A stretch of DNA of 62,732 bases, counting the filler, from Coriobacteriales bacterium (GTDB taxonomy: Bacteria > Actinomycetota > Coriobacteriia > Coriobacteriales > UBA8131), in the NCBI GenBank assembly GCA_031263105.1. It is 5 parts of 5 records of this genome, joined end to end, with 100 filler letters (N's around TTAATTAATTAA, not from the genome) between each part and the next. Parts side by side here need not be neighbours in the genome. Positions count along the whole stretch, not along the records: positions 26,635 to 53,917 come from JAISGJ010000211.1; 4 more parts are not named here. One strand, given 5' to 3'. The notes beneath the pieces were generated by a model. The model made no database searches. It had not been told where the DNA came from and saw only the letters and a list, made by a program, of their open reading frames with translations. The position numbers and the translations under genes were made by a program. Below are positions 28,634-37,752 of this stretch, in pieces; within the stretch, counting starts at the first letter, position 1; every line of letters starts with the position of its first letter.

Positions 28634-28931
28634 TTACCGTTCACACCCCCACCGTCATTCCGAGTCCCGCCGAGGAATCCTCGGCTGCGAAGCAGCCGAC
28701 TGTGGGCAGAGGCGCCCCCCAACCTGCTGTTGGCCGCTTCGCGTTCCGTGGGCCTGTCGGCCCGTTCTCGCTGAAAACAGACCCGTGGGTTCGCGCAGGC
28801 GCTTCACCCGTCCTTCGCTGACGGGGTGCCACCGGCACCCCGTCCGGGCGCTCGGACCCAAGGATTCCTCGGCTGCGGCGCAGCCTCCGGCAGCGTCTCC
28901 GCTCGGAATGACAGTAGGGTGCGAGCGGTAA
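28634..28931. repeat. REP-like element with a longer, different interior
   Basis: TTACCGTTCACACCCC...GTCATTCCGAG and CTCGGAATGACAGTAGGGTGCGAGCGGTAA ends. Confidence 0.85.
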
Positions 28932-28958
28932 CGGATTAAGGGCCATCGGATCCCCTGT

Positions 28959-29037
28959 ATCCCCCCAGTGCGGGGATACGCGTATGCCACAATCACCGCG
29001 TTGCGGTGATACCTTCTGCCCGGTTCTCCCGTAGTGT
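28959..29037 (+). promoter_or_regulatory. Two 6-7-6 palindromic boxes and the -10 of the flavoprotein gene
   Basis: ATCCCC-N7-GGGGAT (28959-28977), ATCACC-N7-GGTGAT (28992-29010), TAGTGT at 29032. Confidence 0.65.
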
Positions 29038-29086
29038 GAGGCGCAGCCTGCTCTTCGCAGGGACACTCGGGAAAGAAGGAGATCAT

Positions 29087-31051
29087 ATGAGCGAGAACAA
29101 CGGGAGCAACGGGAGCAACGAGCACCACGACATGCTGAGCCGCAGGAGGTTCCTCGTGGGAGCGGGCATCGGCGCGGCGGGCCTTGTGGGAGCGGGCGCG
29201 TTGGCGGCCTGTGCCCCTTCGGCCGCCGGGAGCAGCGACGGAGATGGCGGGGCAGCCGGCAATGAGGGGGCGGCCGGAGGCGCATCCGGCGGCGCTGCCC
29301 CGGCAGCCGGCGGCGGCGGCGTGAACGGGACCATCGGCGGCGCCATCTGCGCCGACGACTGGCTGGGGACGATGCCCGAGATCGCCGAGGCAGACGTCTC
29401 GGAGACCGTCGATGTCGACGTCGTCGTCCTCGGCAGCGGACATGCGGGGACACAGGCTGCGCTTGCGGCGGCCCAGGCAGGGGCCACGGTCGCAGTCGTG
29501 GAGAGGCAGTCGGAGGAGAAGTACGTCTACTTCGGCGACGACATCTGCGCGTACAACTCGCAATGGATAACCGAGAAGGGCTTCGGCGGCTACAACACGG
29601 GCGAGATCACCGCAGAATACGTCCGGCGCGGCATCGGGCGCGTGTCCCCGGACATCATCAGGCTGTTCGTCGAGAACTCGGGGGAGATGTTCGACAACCT
29701 CGTCTCCCTGATACCTGAGACCAGCGACCTGCTCGACTACGAGGGCGGCCGTTGCGTCATCCAGGTGGCCTATGGCAAGGACAAGGGCAGCGACTACCCC
29801 ATAGCGCAGTCCAGCTTCAAGTCCTGGGCGACGACCGTGCAGACCGCCGCCACCATCAACCCCACGGAAGTGATACCCGGGCGCAAGCTCACCCGTCTGA
29901 CCGAGATAGAGACCTATTCGATGTGGGAGGCCGAGAAACTGGGTGCCACGTGGTACTGGGGCTGCTCTGCCGAGGCGCTCGTCATGGACGGCGATGCCGT
30001 CACGGGTGCCTACGCGCTCAAGGAGGACGGCAGCTATCTGCGCCTGAATGCCGCCAAGGGCGTGCTGCTGGCAACCGGGGACTTCTCCGCCAACCCCGAC
30101 ATGGTCTGGAACCTCCTTGACGACGTTGCCGAGTGGGGGAGCCGCGTCGGGATCGAGAGGACGGGCCTGATCGGTCCCGGCCGCGACGGCATGGGCCACA
30201 AGCTCGGCTGCTGGGCAGGCGGGGCCATAGAGCCCCATCCGCGCTCCTCCATGAACATCATGGGCGGACAGCCCGGCCCTTGGGGCACATCGGCCTTCCT
30301 GACCCTCAACAAGGACGGCAGGCGCTTCATGAACGAGAGCATGGCCCAGCTTGCCGGTGCCGCCTGCCTGAGGCAGCCCTTGGGCATCATCGCCTCTGTC
30401 ATGGACGCCAACTTCATGAAGACGGTACAGGGCGCGGGCCTCGATCATGGCGCACCGAACTGGGGCTATCCTCCCATGCTGGAACAGATGGAAGAGGACA
30501 TGCGCAACCTCCAGCCGGGGCCGGACGGCGGGCCGGTCACCTCGTGCTCCATCGTCAGCCTGAACGAGATCAACACCCATGACCCGGAAGGCGAGGCGAG
30601 CGGGGAGAGCTCGATGCCGCCGAGCATCGTGTTCGCGGCCGACAGCATCGAGGAGCTGCTCGGCTACCTTGGCTACAGCGGTGCGGAGCTGGAGACCGCG
30701 CTCGCAGAGATCGAGCGCTACAACGAGCTGTGCAGCCAGGGCAAGGACACGGACTTCGACAAGCAGGCCGATCTGATGATCCCCCTCGAGCAGGCGCCCT
30801 TCTATGGTGCGGTCGCAGAGAACTCCGGCATGACGTCCCCCGGCCTCGTGACGCTTGCGGGCCTTCTCACCGACGCGAGCCTCAACGTCATGAAGGCCGA
30901 CCGCTCCGGCCCCATCAAGGGCCTCTATGCGACCGGCAACTGCCTGGGCCAGCGCTACGGCATGGGCTATGGCACGCCTTCTGCAGGCAACTCGATGGGC
31001 ATGGCCATGACCCACGGGCGCGTCGCAGGCAAGATAATCGCGGCGCAGTGA
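29087..31051 (+). CDS. Tat-exported lipoprotein FAD-dependent oxidoreductase (flavocytochrome c / FAD_binding_2 family)
   Basis: SRRRFL, LAAC lipobox, GSGHAG, LATGDF, GRRFMNE, GLYATGN. Confidence 0.92.
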   Translation: MSENNGSNGSNEHHDMLSRRRFLVGAGIGAAGLVGAGALAACAPSAAGSSDGDGGAAGNEGAAGGASGGAAPAAGGGGVNGTIGGAICADDWLGTMPEIAEADVSETVDVDVVVLGSGHAGTQAALAAAQAGATVAVVERQSEEKYVYFGDDICAYNSQWITEKGFGGYNTGEITAEYVRRGIGRVSPDIIRLFVENSGEMFDNLVSLIPETSDLLDYEGGRCVIQVAYGKDKGSDYPIAQSSFKSWATTVQTAATINPTEVIPGRKLTRLTEIETYSMWEAEKLGATWYWGCSAEALVMDGDAVTGAYALKEDGSYLRLNAAKGVLLATGDFSANPDMVWNLLDDVAEWGSRVGIERTGLIGPGRDGMGHKLGCWAGGAIEPHPRSSMNIMGGQPGPWGTSAFLTLNKDGRRFMNESMAQLAGAACLRQPLGIIASVMDANFMKTVQGAGLDHGAPNWGYPPMLEQMEEDMRNLQPGPDGGPVTSCSIVSLNEINTHDPEGEASGESSMPPSIVFAADSIEELLGYLGYSGAELETALAEIERYNELCSQGKDTDFDKQADLMIPLEQAPFYGAVAENSGMTSPGLVTLAGLLTDASLNVMKADRSGPIKGLYATGNCLGQRYGMGYGTPSAGNSMGMAMTHGRVAGKIIAAQ

Positions 31052-31084
31052 CGCAGTAAGGAATTGTCGGGGAACAGGCACGAC

Positions 31085-31116
31085 GGATGCCGGCAGCCGG
31101 ATGGCTGCCGGCATCC
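31085..31116. terminator. Hairpin between convergent flavoprotein and TetR genes
   Basis: GGATGCCGGCAGCC-GGAT-GGCTGCCGGCATCC. Confidence 0.7.
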
Positions 31117-31683
31117 CTATTCCATCCACTCCTGCTTGACCGGTGAGATTTTCTGCCAATAGCTCAAAGTCCACTTGTTGAACAGATGGGCGAGCCGCGT
31201 CGGCTCGACATCCATCTTCCTCGTGAGCCAACGACTGATCAGGCTCGCATTCGCCGCAGAGAAGAAGAAGGCGGTGTACGCCTTCTCGTCGTCGGGCAGC
31301 TCGAAGTCCTTGAGCACCACGTCGTTCAGGGCGCTCAGCCGCTCGGTCAGAATGCGGACGAGCAGACTGCCGTGCTCGACGCGATTGATCCGCGAGTAGA
31401 ACCGCTCGTGATCTGCGATGCTCTGGTAGATGAGCTCCATCAGTATCTGCGGCGACGATTTTATCCGGAACGTGGGAATCGTCTCCAGCATCCGGTGCTG
31501 CGAGTCCACGACATCATCCTGAACGATGCTCGATAAGACGGTCTCCTTGTTCTGGAAACTATCATAAAACGACGCCCGGGAGACACCCGTCTCCTTGCAT
31601 ATCCGGGTAACGGAGATATCCTCGTAAGGGGTGGACAGAGCAAGCTCCCTGAAGCAGTTCTGGATACTTTGCCTGACAATCAT
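31117..31683 (-). CDS. TetR/AcrR-family regulator
   Basis: ISVTRICKETGVSRASFYDSFQNK HTH; GGAGGTG RBS; divergent from the Mo-enzyme operon. Confidence 0.9.
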   Translation of the reverse strand: MIVRQSIQNCFRELALSTPYEDISVTRICKETGVSRASFYDSFQNKETVLSSIVQDDVVDSQHRMLETIPTFRIKSSPQILMELIYQSIADHERFYSRINRVEHGSLLVRILTERLSALNDVVLKDFELPDDEKAYTAFFFSAANASLISRWLTRKMDVEPTRLAHLFNKWTLSYWQKISPVKQEWME

Positions 31684-31981
31684 AGGCCACCTCCGTAGAG
31701 CCTCCGTAGAGCCGTCTGCCCCGTCCTGCCCAATTATAGACCCAGCCCGCGCGTTCAACCACATGCGGGAGACGGCGGAACCGACAAAGTTCCTGCAAAA
31801 CCCCTGTTCTGCAAGGCATCCCCCTACAGAAGAGACGCTTTGTCTGGCCGACACCTGCAAAACAGCCGGTCAGTTGGAGAACTGCACTCAAAAGAGCGGT
31901 TTTGGCCTGTTGCTGGGCACGTAGCCGCAGGGTATCGTCGGACTATCGAGAACGACAAACAAAGAGCGAGAGGAGGCCCGG

Positions 31982-34651
31982 ATGAGCGAGCAGGTCGAGC
32001 AGGAAGGGCGGGAGCAGGCCCTTCGAGAGCAGGGCGTTCGGGAGCAGACCGTCATCAGGGGCATCGCCTGCGGAGGCACCGGCGGTGACGCGGTGGCGAT
32101 CGACTTCAAGGACGGGAGGATCGTCAGGTTCCGTCCGCTGCACTGGGACATGAGCTACCCATGGGACGACCTTCAAAAGGATCTCTGGGAGTTCGACATC
32201 GACGGCAAGGTGTTCAAGCCAGAGGTCAAGGCGGCCCCGAGCTACTTTGCGCTGGCGTACAAGAACCGCGTCTACTCCAAGAACCGCGTGCGCTACCCGC
32301 TGAAGCGCGTGGACTGGGAGCCGGGCGGGGACCCCGCCAAGACCAACGCCCAGAACCGTGGCATCAGCAAGTTCAAGCGCATCAGCTGGGACGAGGCCCT
32401 CGACATCATCGAGTCCGAGCTGCGCCGCATCATCGGGGACTACGGCCCCTTCGCCGTGCTCTGCATCGGCGAGAACGGCCACCGTGAGTCGAAGGACCTG
32501 CACTCCGGCGGCGGCATGCACGCCACGCTGATGAACGAGCTGGGCGGCTACACCCGCGAGACGCGCACGCCCGACAGCGTCGAAGGCTGGTACTGGGGGG
32601 CCAAGCACGTCTGGGGGCGAGGCTCCACCAACGGCCTCGGCCTGGCGGCGCCGATGGAGACCGGCTACAGCTCGTGGCTGGTCGCCTACGACCTCTGCGA
32701 GAGCTGCGACCTTATCGCCTTTCAGGCCGGCGACCTCGAGCTGACCCAGAACTACGCCGCGCAGGGCGTAAGCCGCCTGATCAAGTACTGGGAGGAGCTG
32801 GGCAAGGAGTTCGTCGTCATCGACCCGTTCTGCACCTATACGGCCGTCTGTCATGAGACGATGAAGTGGATACCCATCCTGCCGAACACGGACTCGGCGC
32901 TGGACTTCGCCCTGATGCACGTGTGGCTCACCGAGGGCCTGTACCAGAAGGACTACGTGGAGACCCACACGGTCCACTTCGACAGGCTCAGGGCCTATGT
33001 CCTCGGCGAGGAGGACGGCGAGCCCAAGACGCCGGAGTGGGCGTCCCCGCTCTGCGGCGTGCCCGAGTGGACCATCAAGGCACTGGCCCGCAAGTGGGGC
33101 ACGCAGCGCACGTCGCTGGCGCACTTCTCCAGCGGCTCGGTGAAAGGCCCCTACTCCCATGAGAACGGCCGCACCGCCGCCTACAAGATGGCGATGCAGG
33201 GCCTGGGCCGTCCCGGCGTGCAGCAGCTGCACATCAACGCCCTTGAGATGGCCAAGCCCATCATCGAGAACAGCACGGTGGGGCAGATGATCATGTGCAA
33301 CCGCTCCCGCATGTACGTGCCCACGGTGCAGTCCATCCCGCGCACCACGGTCGCCCATGCCATTCAGGACGGCGAAGTCACCTGGTGGGGCAGCCCCTCG
33401 ATCATCTGGGCCTCCACCGAGGACCAGTTCCAGGAGTACCGCTACCCTGCGCCCGCCGAGGCGGGCGGCACGCCCATCCGCATGATGTGGAGCGAGAAGC
33501 CCTGCAACATGGTCTGCTGGAACGGCGGCTTCAACTACCAGGACGCCATCCGCGACCCTCAGATCGAGTTCTTCCTCACCAATCACCAGTGGATGGAAAA
33601 CGACAGCCTCTTCTGCGACATGGTCCTGCCGGTGAGCACCTGCGTCGAGGAGAACGACGACGTGGGCGCCGGCATGGTGGTTCCCTTCAAGTACGTGGCC
33701 CTGAACAAGAGGGCCTGCGACCCCATCGGCGAGTCGATGAGCGACTACCAGATCGCCCTGGAGATCGGCAGGCGTTTCGGCGTGGACGAGAACATCTCGC
33801 TCGGCATGGACGAGGACGAGTGGTTCGAGTACGCCTTTGGCAACTCCCGGGTCAGCGAGGAGATCACCTGGGAGCAGTTCAAGGAGAAGAGCTACTACAT
33901 TCCCAAGATCGACCCGGACTGGAAGAAGCTGCCGCACGGCATGCAGAACTTCTATGAGGATCCGGAGGCCTATCCGCTGGACACGCCCACGGGGAAGATC
34001 GAGTTCTGGTCCGATGCGCTGGCAGAGCACTTCCCGAACGACAAGGAGCGTCAGCCGATGGCCCGCTGGATGATCGGCGGCCCGGCGGAAGAGGGCTGGA
34101 CGCACGACGAGACGCCCTTTGGCGAGAAGGCCAAGACTTATCCGCTGCTGCTGGTCTCCACCGCTGCGCGTTGGCGCGTGCATGTCCAGGGCGACGACAT
34201 CGCCTGGTTCCGCGAGATCGAGACCTGCAAGGTGCGCGGTTTCGACGGCTACGCCTACGAGCCTGTCTGGATGACTCCCGAGGACGCCGCCTCCCGTGGC
34301 ATCGCCGCCGGCGACATCGTCAAGGTGACAAACGACCAGGGGACGATTCTGTGCGGTGCCCGCATCTCAGGGCGCGTGACGCCTGGCTCCGTCATGGTCC
34401 ACAAGGGCGCACGGGTGGATCCCATAACGGACTGCCTGGATCGCGGCGGCGCCACCAACCTGATAAGCCCGCCACGTCGTATCTCCCAGCATTGCGTGGG
34501 CTTCGCGGTCACCAATTACCTGGTGGAGTGCTCCAAGCTGGAGCGGGCCGAGCTTGAGGAGTGGAAGCGGAACTATCCCGAGGCCTTTGCGCGGGACTAC
34601 GACCCGGCCATAGGCATCAACTACGCATCGTGGGTGGAAGGAGGCGAGTGA
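31982..34651 (+). CDS. Molybdo-bis-PGD (DMSO reductase family) catalytic subunit, pyrogallol transhydroxylase alpha (AthL)-like
   Basis: KDGRIVR, RVRYPLKR, RISWDEA, PDSVEGWYWGAKHVWG, TPTGKIEF, C-terminal molydop-binding domain; no Tat signal and no N-terminal Fe-S Cys motif. Confidence 0.9.
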   Translation: MSEQVEQEGREQALREQGVREQTVIRGIACGGTGGDAVAIDFKDGRIVRFRPLHWDMSYPWDDLQKDLWEFDIDGKVFKPEVKAAPSYFALAYKNRVYSKNRVRYPLKRVDWEPGGDPAKTNAQNRGISKFKRISWDEALDIIESELRRIIGDYGPFAVLCIGENGHRESKDLHSGGGMHATLMNELGGYTRETRTPDSVEGWYWGAKHVWGRGSTNGLGLAAPMETGYSSWLVAYDLCESCDLIAFQAGDLELTQNYAAQGVSRLIKYWEELGKEFVVIDPFCTYTAVCHETMKWIPILPNTDSALDFALMHVWLTEGLYQKDYVETHTVHFDRLRAYVLGEEDGEPKTPEWASPLCGVPEWTIKALARKWGTQRTSLAHFSSGSVKGPYSHENGRTAAYKMAMQGLGRPGVQQLHINALEMAKPIIENSTVGQMIMCNRSRMYVPTVQSIPRTTVAHAIQDGEVTWWGSPSIIWASTEDQFQEYRYPAPAEAGGTPIRMMWSEKPCNMVCWNGGFNYQDAIRDPQIEFFLTNHQWMENDSLFCDMVLPVSTCVEENDDVGAGMVVPFKYVALNKRACDPIGESMSDYQIALEIGRRFGVDENISLGMDEDEWFEYAFGNSRVSEEITWEQFKEKSYYIPKIDPDWKKLPHGMQNFYEDPEAYPLDTPTGKIEFWSDALAEHFPNDKERQPMARWMIGGPAEEGWTHDETPFGEKAKTYPLLLVSTAARWRVHVQGDDIAWFREIETCKVRGFDGYAYEPVWMTPEDAASRGIAAGDIVKVTNDQGTILCGARISGRVTPGSVMVHKGARVDPITDCLDRGGATNLISPPRRISQHCVGFAVTNYLVECSKLERAELEEWKRNYPEAFARDYDPAIGINYASWVEGGE

Positions 34652-34652
34652 G

Positions 34653-35456
34653 ATGGCAAAGGTGTTCGTTATCGATTACAGGAGCTGTGTCGGCTGCCAT
34701 GACTGCCAAATCGGCTGCAAGGACGAGCACTGCGGCAACGAGTGGGCCCCCTATGCCAGGGCGCAGCCCTTCGTCGGGCAGTTCTGGATGAAGGTCGACC
34801 AGCAGGAGCGCGGCAGACGGCCGCACATCAAGGTCACCCATCTGCCCACGCTCTGCCAGCACTGCGACGACGCGCCCTGCATCAAGGCTGCGCCGGACGC
34901 CGTCTACAAGCGCGACGACGGCCTGGTGATAATCGATCCCAAGAAGGCCGTCGGCAACGAGAGGCTGGCCAGGTCCTGCCCGTATGGCGCCATCTTTTGG
35001 AACGAGGAACTCAGGCTTCCGCAGAAGTGCACCGGTTGCGCCCATCTGCTCGACGGCGGCCACACCATCGACGTCCCGCGCTGTGTGGACAACTGCCATG
35101 TCAACGTCATTCAGTTCGGCGAGGAGGGCGACTTCGACCTCTCTGACTGCGAGGTCATGCACCCCGAGTACGGTACCAGCCCGCGCGTCTACTACAGAGG
35201 CGGGCTGCCCCGGAAGTTCGTGGCCGGCACCGTCTACGACCCTGTGGCGAAAGAGGTGCACGTCGGCGCCACGGTGGCGCTTGTCGGCGAGGCCGGTGCC
35301 TTTACGGCCGTCACTGACGACTGGGGCGACTTCTGGCTGCGCGATCTGCCCGACGCGGACTTCACGCTCACCATCGAGGCCGACGGCAAGGCAAAGACCT
35401 TGGAGGTCAGCACCAGGAAGGAGGACGTCGGTCTCGGCGACATCGCCCTTACCTGA
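34653..35456 (+). CDS. Poly-[4Fe-4S] subunit, transhydroxylase beta (BthL)-like
   Basis: CVGCHDCQIGCKDEH, CQHCDDAPC, CPYG, KCTGCAHLLD, PRC, PRVYY, C-terminal beta-sandwich (TDDWGDF). Confidence 0.9.
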   Translation: MAKVFVIDYRSCVGCHDCQIGCKDEHCGNEWAPYARAQPFVGQFWMKVDQQERGRRPHIKVTHLPTLCQHCDDAPCIKAAPDAVYKRDDGLVIIDPKKAVGNERLARSCPYGAIFWNEELRLPQKCTGCAHLLDGGHTIDVPRCVDNCHVNVIQFGEEGDFDLSDCEVMHPEYGTSPRVYYRGGLPRKFVAGTVYDPVAKEVHVGATVALVGEAGAFTAVTDDWGDFWLRDLPDADFTLTIEADGKAKTLEVSTRKEDVGLGDIALT

Positions 35457-35563
35457 CGCTGCGGCGGTCGCAGCTCACGGAGGCGGCGCATACGGACAGC
35501 GCATACAGACAGGGAGGGACGGTGCCGCGACCGCTCCTCCTCGGACCCCGAGGAGAGTCACCC

Positions 35564-35962
35564 ATGTGTTTCAGGCCAGCGGAGATACAGATGAACACGT
35601 GCCCGTCGTGCGGCAAGGTGAACAAGCCGATTGCCAAGATGTGCGCCGAGTGCGGAGCGGAGCTGCAGAGACAGACGAATGTCGTCTGCCCGATCTGCGG
35701 GTTCCAGAATCCGCCGACGGCCAAGGAGTGCGGTCAATGCGGTGCCACAGAGGCGCAGATCGTGGCAGCCATGGGCACTGCGCCCCGTGCCCCCAAGGCA
35801 CCGGGGATGCCCGCCGCCCCGCCGCGCCCGCCCGCCCCGCCTGCGCCCGGCATCCCCCGTTCGCCCGCCGCCCCGCCCGCGCCCGGAACGCCGCCCCGCC
35901 CACCCGCTGCGCCGCCCAGCATCCCCCGTCCGCCAGACAACGTTCAAAGGAGAACACCATGA
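35564..35962 (+). CDS. Double zinc-ribbon protein with Pro/Ala-rich tail
   Basis: MCFRP start, four CxxC pairs, GAGGAG RBS; ATGA overlap with the SDR. Confidence 0.8.
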   Translation: MCFRPAEIQMNTCPSCGKVNKPIAKMCAECGAELQRQTNVVCPICGFQNPPTAKECGQCGATEAQIVAAMGTAPRAPKAPGMPAAPPRPPAPPAPGIPRSPAAPPAPGTPPRPPAAPPSIPRPPDNVQRRTP

Positions 35963-36723
35963 GGCTCGGTAAACTCTCGTGCGAAGGCACGGTCGCCCTT
36001 GTCGCCGGGGCGAGCTCGGGCATCGGCAAGTCGTCGGCCCTGCTGCTGGCGCAGGCAGGCGCACAGGTCTTCCTCGTCGCCCGTCGGGCCGAGAAACTCG
36101 AAGAGCTCAAAGCTGCAATCGAGGCCGCAGGCGGCGCTGCGGACTGCTTTGCCGCCGATGTCTCGGAAGAGAGCAACTGCAAGGCTGCCGTCGAGGCCTG
36201 CGTCGAGCGCTTCGGCAGCGTGGACGTCCTCGTAAACAGCGTCGGCATGAACTCCGGCCGCATCGAGGACGCCTTCGACACCGAGAACTACCACAAGGTC
36301 ATCAAGGTTGACCTCGATGCGACGGTGTTCATGGTCAAGTACGCCTACCCGCTGATGAGCGATGCGGGCGGCGGCTCTATCATCAACATCTCGTCCAGTG
36401 CCGGCGTCAAGGCGATGGTCGACTCCGGCATCCCGTACACCGCGTCGAAGGGCGCCATTCGCAGTCTCAGCCGCATGTGGGGCAAGCAGTTCGCTCCGGC
36501 GCAGGTGCGCGTCAACAGCATCTACCCGGGATACATCCTCACGGAGATGACCACAGGCGCCTTCGACAACCCGGAGATCATGCCGTACTTCACCAAGGAC
36601 GTGCCCATGGGCACGATAGGCGAGGCGGACGACATCGGCTACTGCGTGCTCTATCTGGCCTCGTCGGCATCGAAGTACGTCACCGGTCAGGACTTCATCA
36701 TAGACGGCGGCATGACCTGCTGA
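35959..36723 (+). CDS. Short-chain dehydrogenase/reductase
   Basis: GASSGIG, NISS, YTASK, VRVNSIYPG, VTGQDFIIDGG. Confidence 0.93.
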   Translation: MRLGKLSCEGTVALVAGASSGIGKSSALLLAQAGAQVFLVARRAEKLEELKAAIEAAGGAADCFAADVSEESNCKAAVEACVERFGSVDVLVNSVGMNSGRIEDAFDTENYHKVIKVDLDATVFMVKYAYPLMSDAGGGSIINISSSAGVKAMVDSGIPYTASKGAIRSLSRMWGKQFAPAQVRVNSIYPGYILTEMTTGAFDNPEIMPYFTKDVPMGTIGEADDIGYCVLYLASSASKYVTGQDFIIDGGMTC

Positions 36724-36799
36724 AGGTGCAAGGCTTTGGGCACGAACCCGCACGGTAGCGGGCCACCTATACAAGCGTTTCGTTGAAAGGAGCACTGCC

Positions 36800-37666
36800 A
36801 TGGCCGAGAAAGAACCGAGTTTGATGCCCTTCGCTGTAGGCAAGATCACCGTTGCGACCTTGCAGAAGATGAAGGACGAGGGCACGCTGATAACGATGGT
36901 CGGCACGGGCCCCTGCGACGCCCTCTGGGTCCTGGCCTGTGAGCGCGCGGGCGTCGAGCTTGTCCGTTACGTCGCCTTTGGCGAGAACTGCGAGGACCGG
37001 GCGCGCAACCTCCACGCGCAGACGCGCGAGATCAGGAAGCTCGCTCCGATGATCTGCCTCAACGCGGTGATGAGCGACTGGACCTACGCGGACAAGTACC
37101 ACGCCACCGAGGTCGCCACCAAGCTGATGATGGACGGTGCCGACTGCGTGCTGCCGATGGGCGTGACCAACGAGACGCTGAAGTATATGTCCGACCGCTG
37201 CATTCCCGTGTTCGGCCATGTGGGCTGCCTCTCCGGCTGGCAGGCCAAGGCCTACGGCGGCTACAAGCGCATCGGCAAGACGGCCAGCGAGGCCATGGAC
37301 GTCTTCCGCATGGCCTACGAGTATCAAGAGAATGGCATGGTGGGCATGACCATCGAGATGACCTCGCGGGAGGTCACCGAGGCCATCGCCAAGAAGCTGC
37401 GCGTCCCCGTGATCGCAGTTGCCGCCGGCGGGGCGGCCGACGGCTCGGAGATGGTCATCTATGACCTGCTCGGCTTCCAGCCGGTGTCCACGATGGCCAA
37501 GCACTCCAAGCACTATCGCACCTATCTCGAGGATTCCATCGCGGCCTTCAAGGAGTTCGACACGGACATCAAGACACGCGCCTATCCCCAAAAGGAGCAC
37601 GGCTGGAGCATGGACGAGCGCGAGCTTGAGAAGTTCCTCACCGATCTGGACAACACCTACAAGTAA
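36800..37666 (+). CDS. Divergent PanB (ketopantoate hydroxymethyltransferase)-like protein
   Basis: ITVATLQKMK, IPVFGHVG, GGYKRIGK, IEM, VPVI, DGSEMVIYDLLG, YPQKEH; lacks GDS. Confidence 0.85.
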   Translation: MAEKEPSLMPFAVGKITVATLQKMKDEGTLITMVGTGPCDALWVLACERAGVELVRYVAFGENCEDRARNLHAQTREIRKLAPMICLNAVMSDWTYADKYHATEVATKLMMDGADCVLPMGVTNETLKYMSDRCIPVFGHVGCLSGWQAKAYGGYKRIGKTASEAMDVFRMAYEYQENGMVGMTIEMTSREVTEAIAKKLRVPVIAVAAGGAADGSEMVIYDLLGFQPVSTMAKHSKHYRTYLEDSIAAFKEFDTDIKTRAYPQKEHGWSMDERELEKFLTDLDNTYK

Positions 37667-37752
37667 TCAGCGGACAGCCGTCTTCCCGTCAGAACGGCAG
37701 GGCGATGCCGGACGGGAAGACGGCCGCTGACTCGAACAGGGAGGTACAAGCG

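Noticed and set aside
34984..36723. 579-aa SDR fusion
   Set aside because: The N-terminal part is an off-frame read through the Fe-S and zinc-ribbon genes; the real start is ATG 35959 with an AAGGAG RBS
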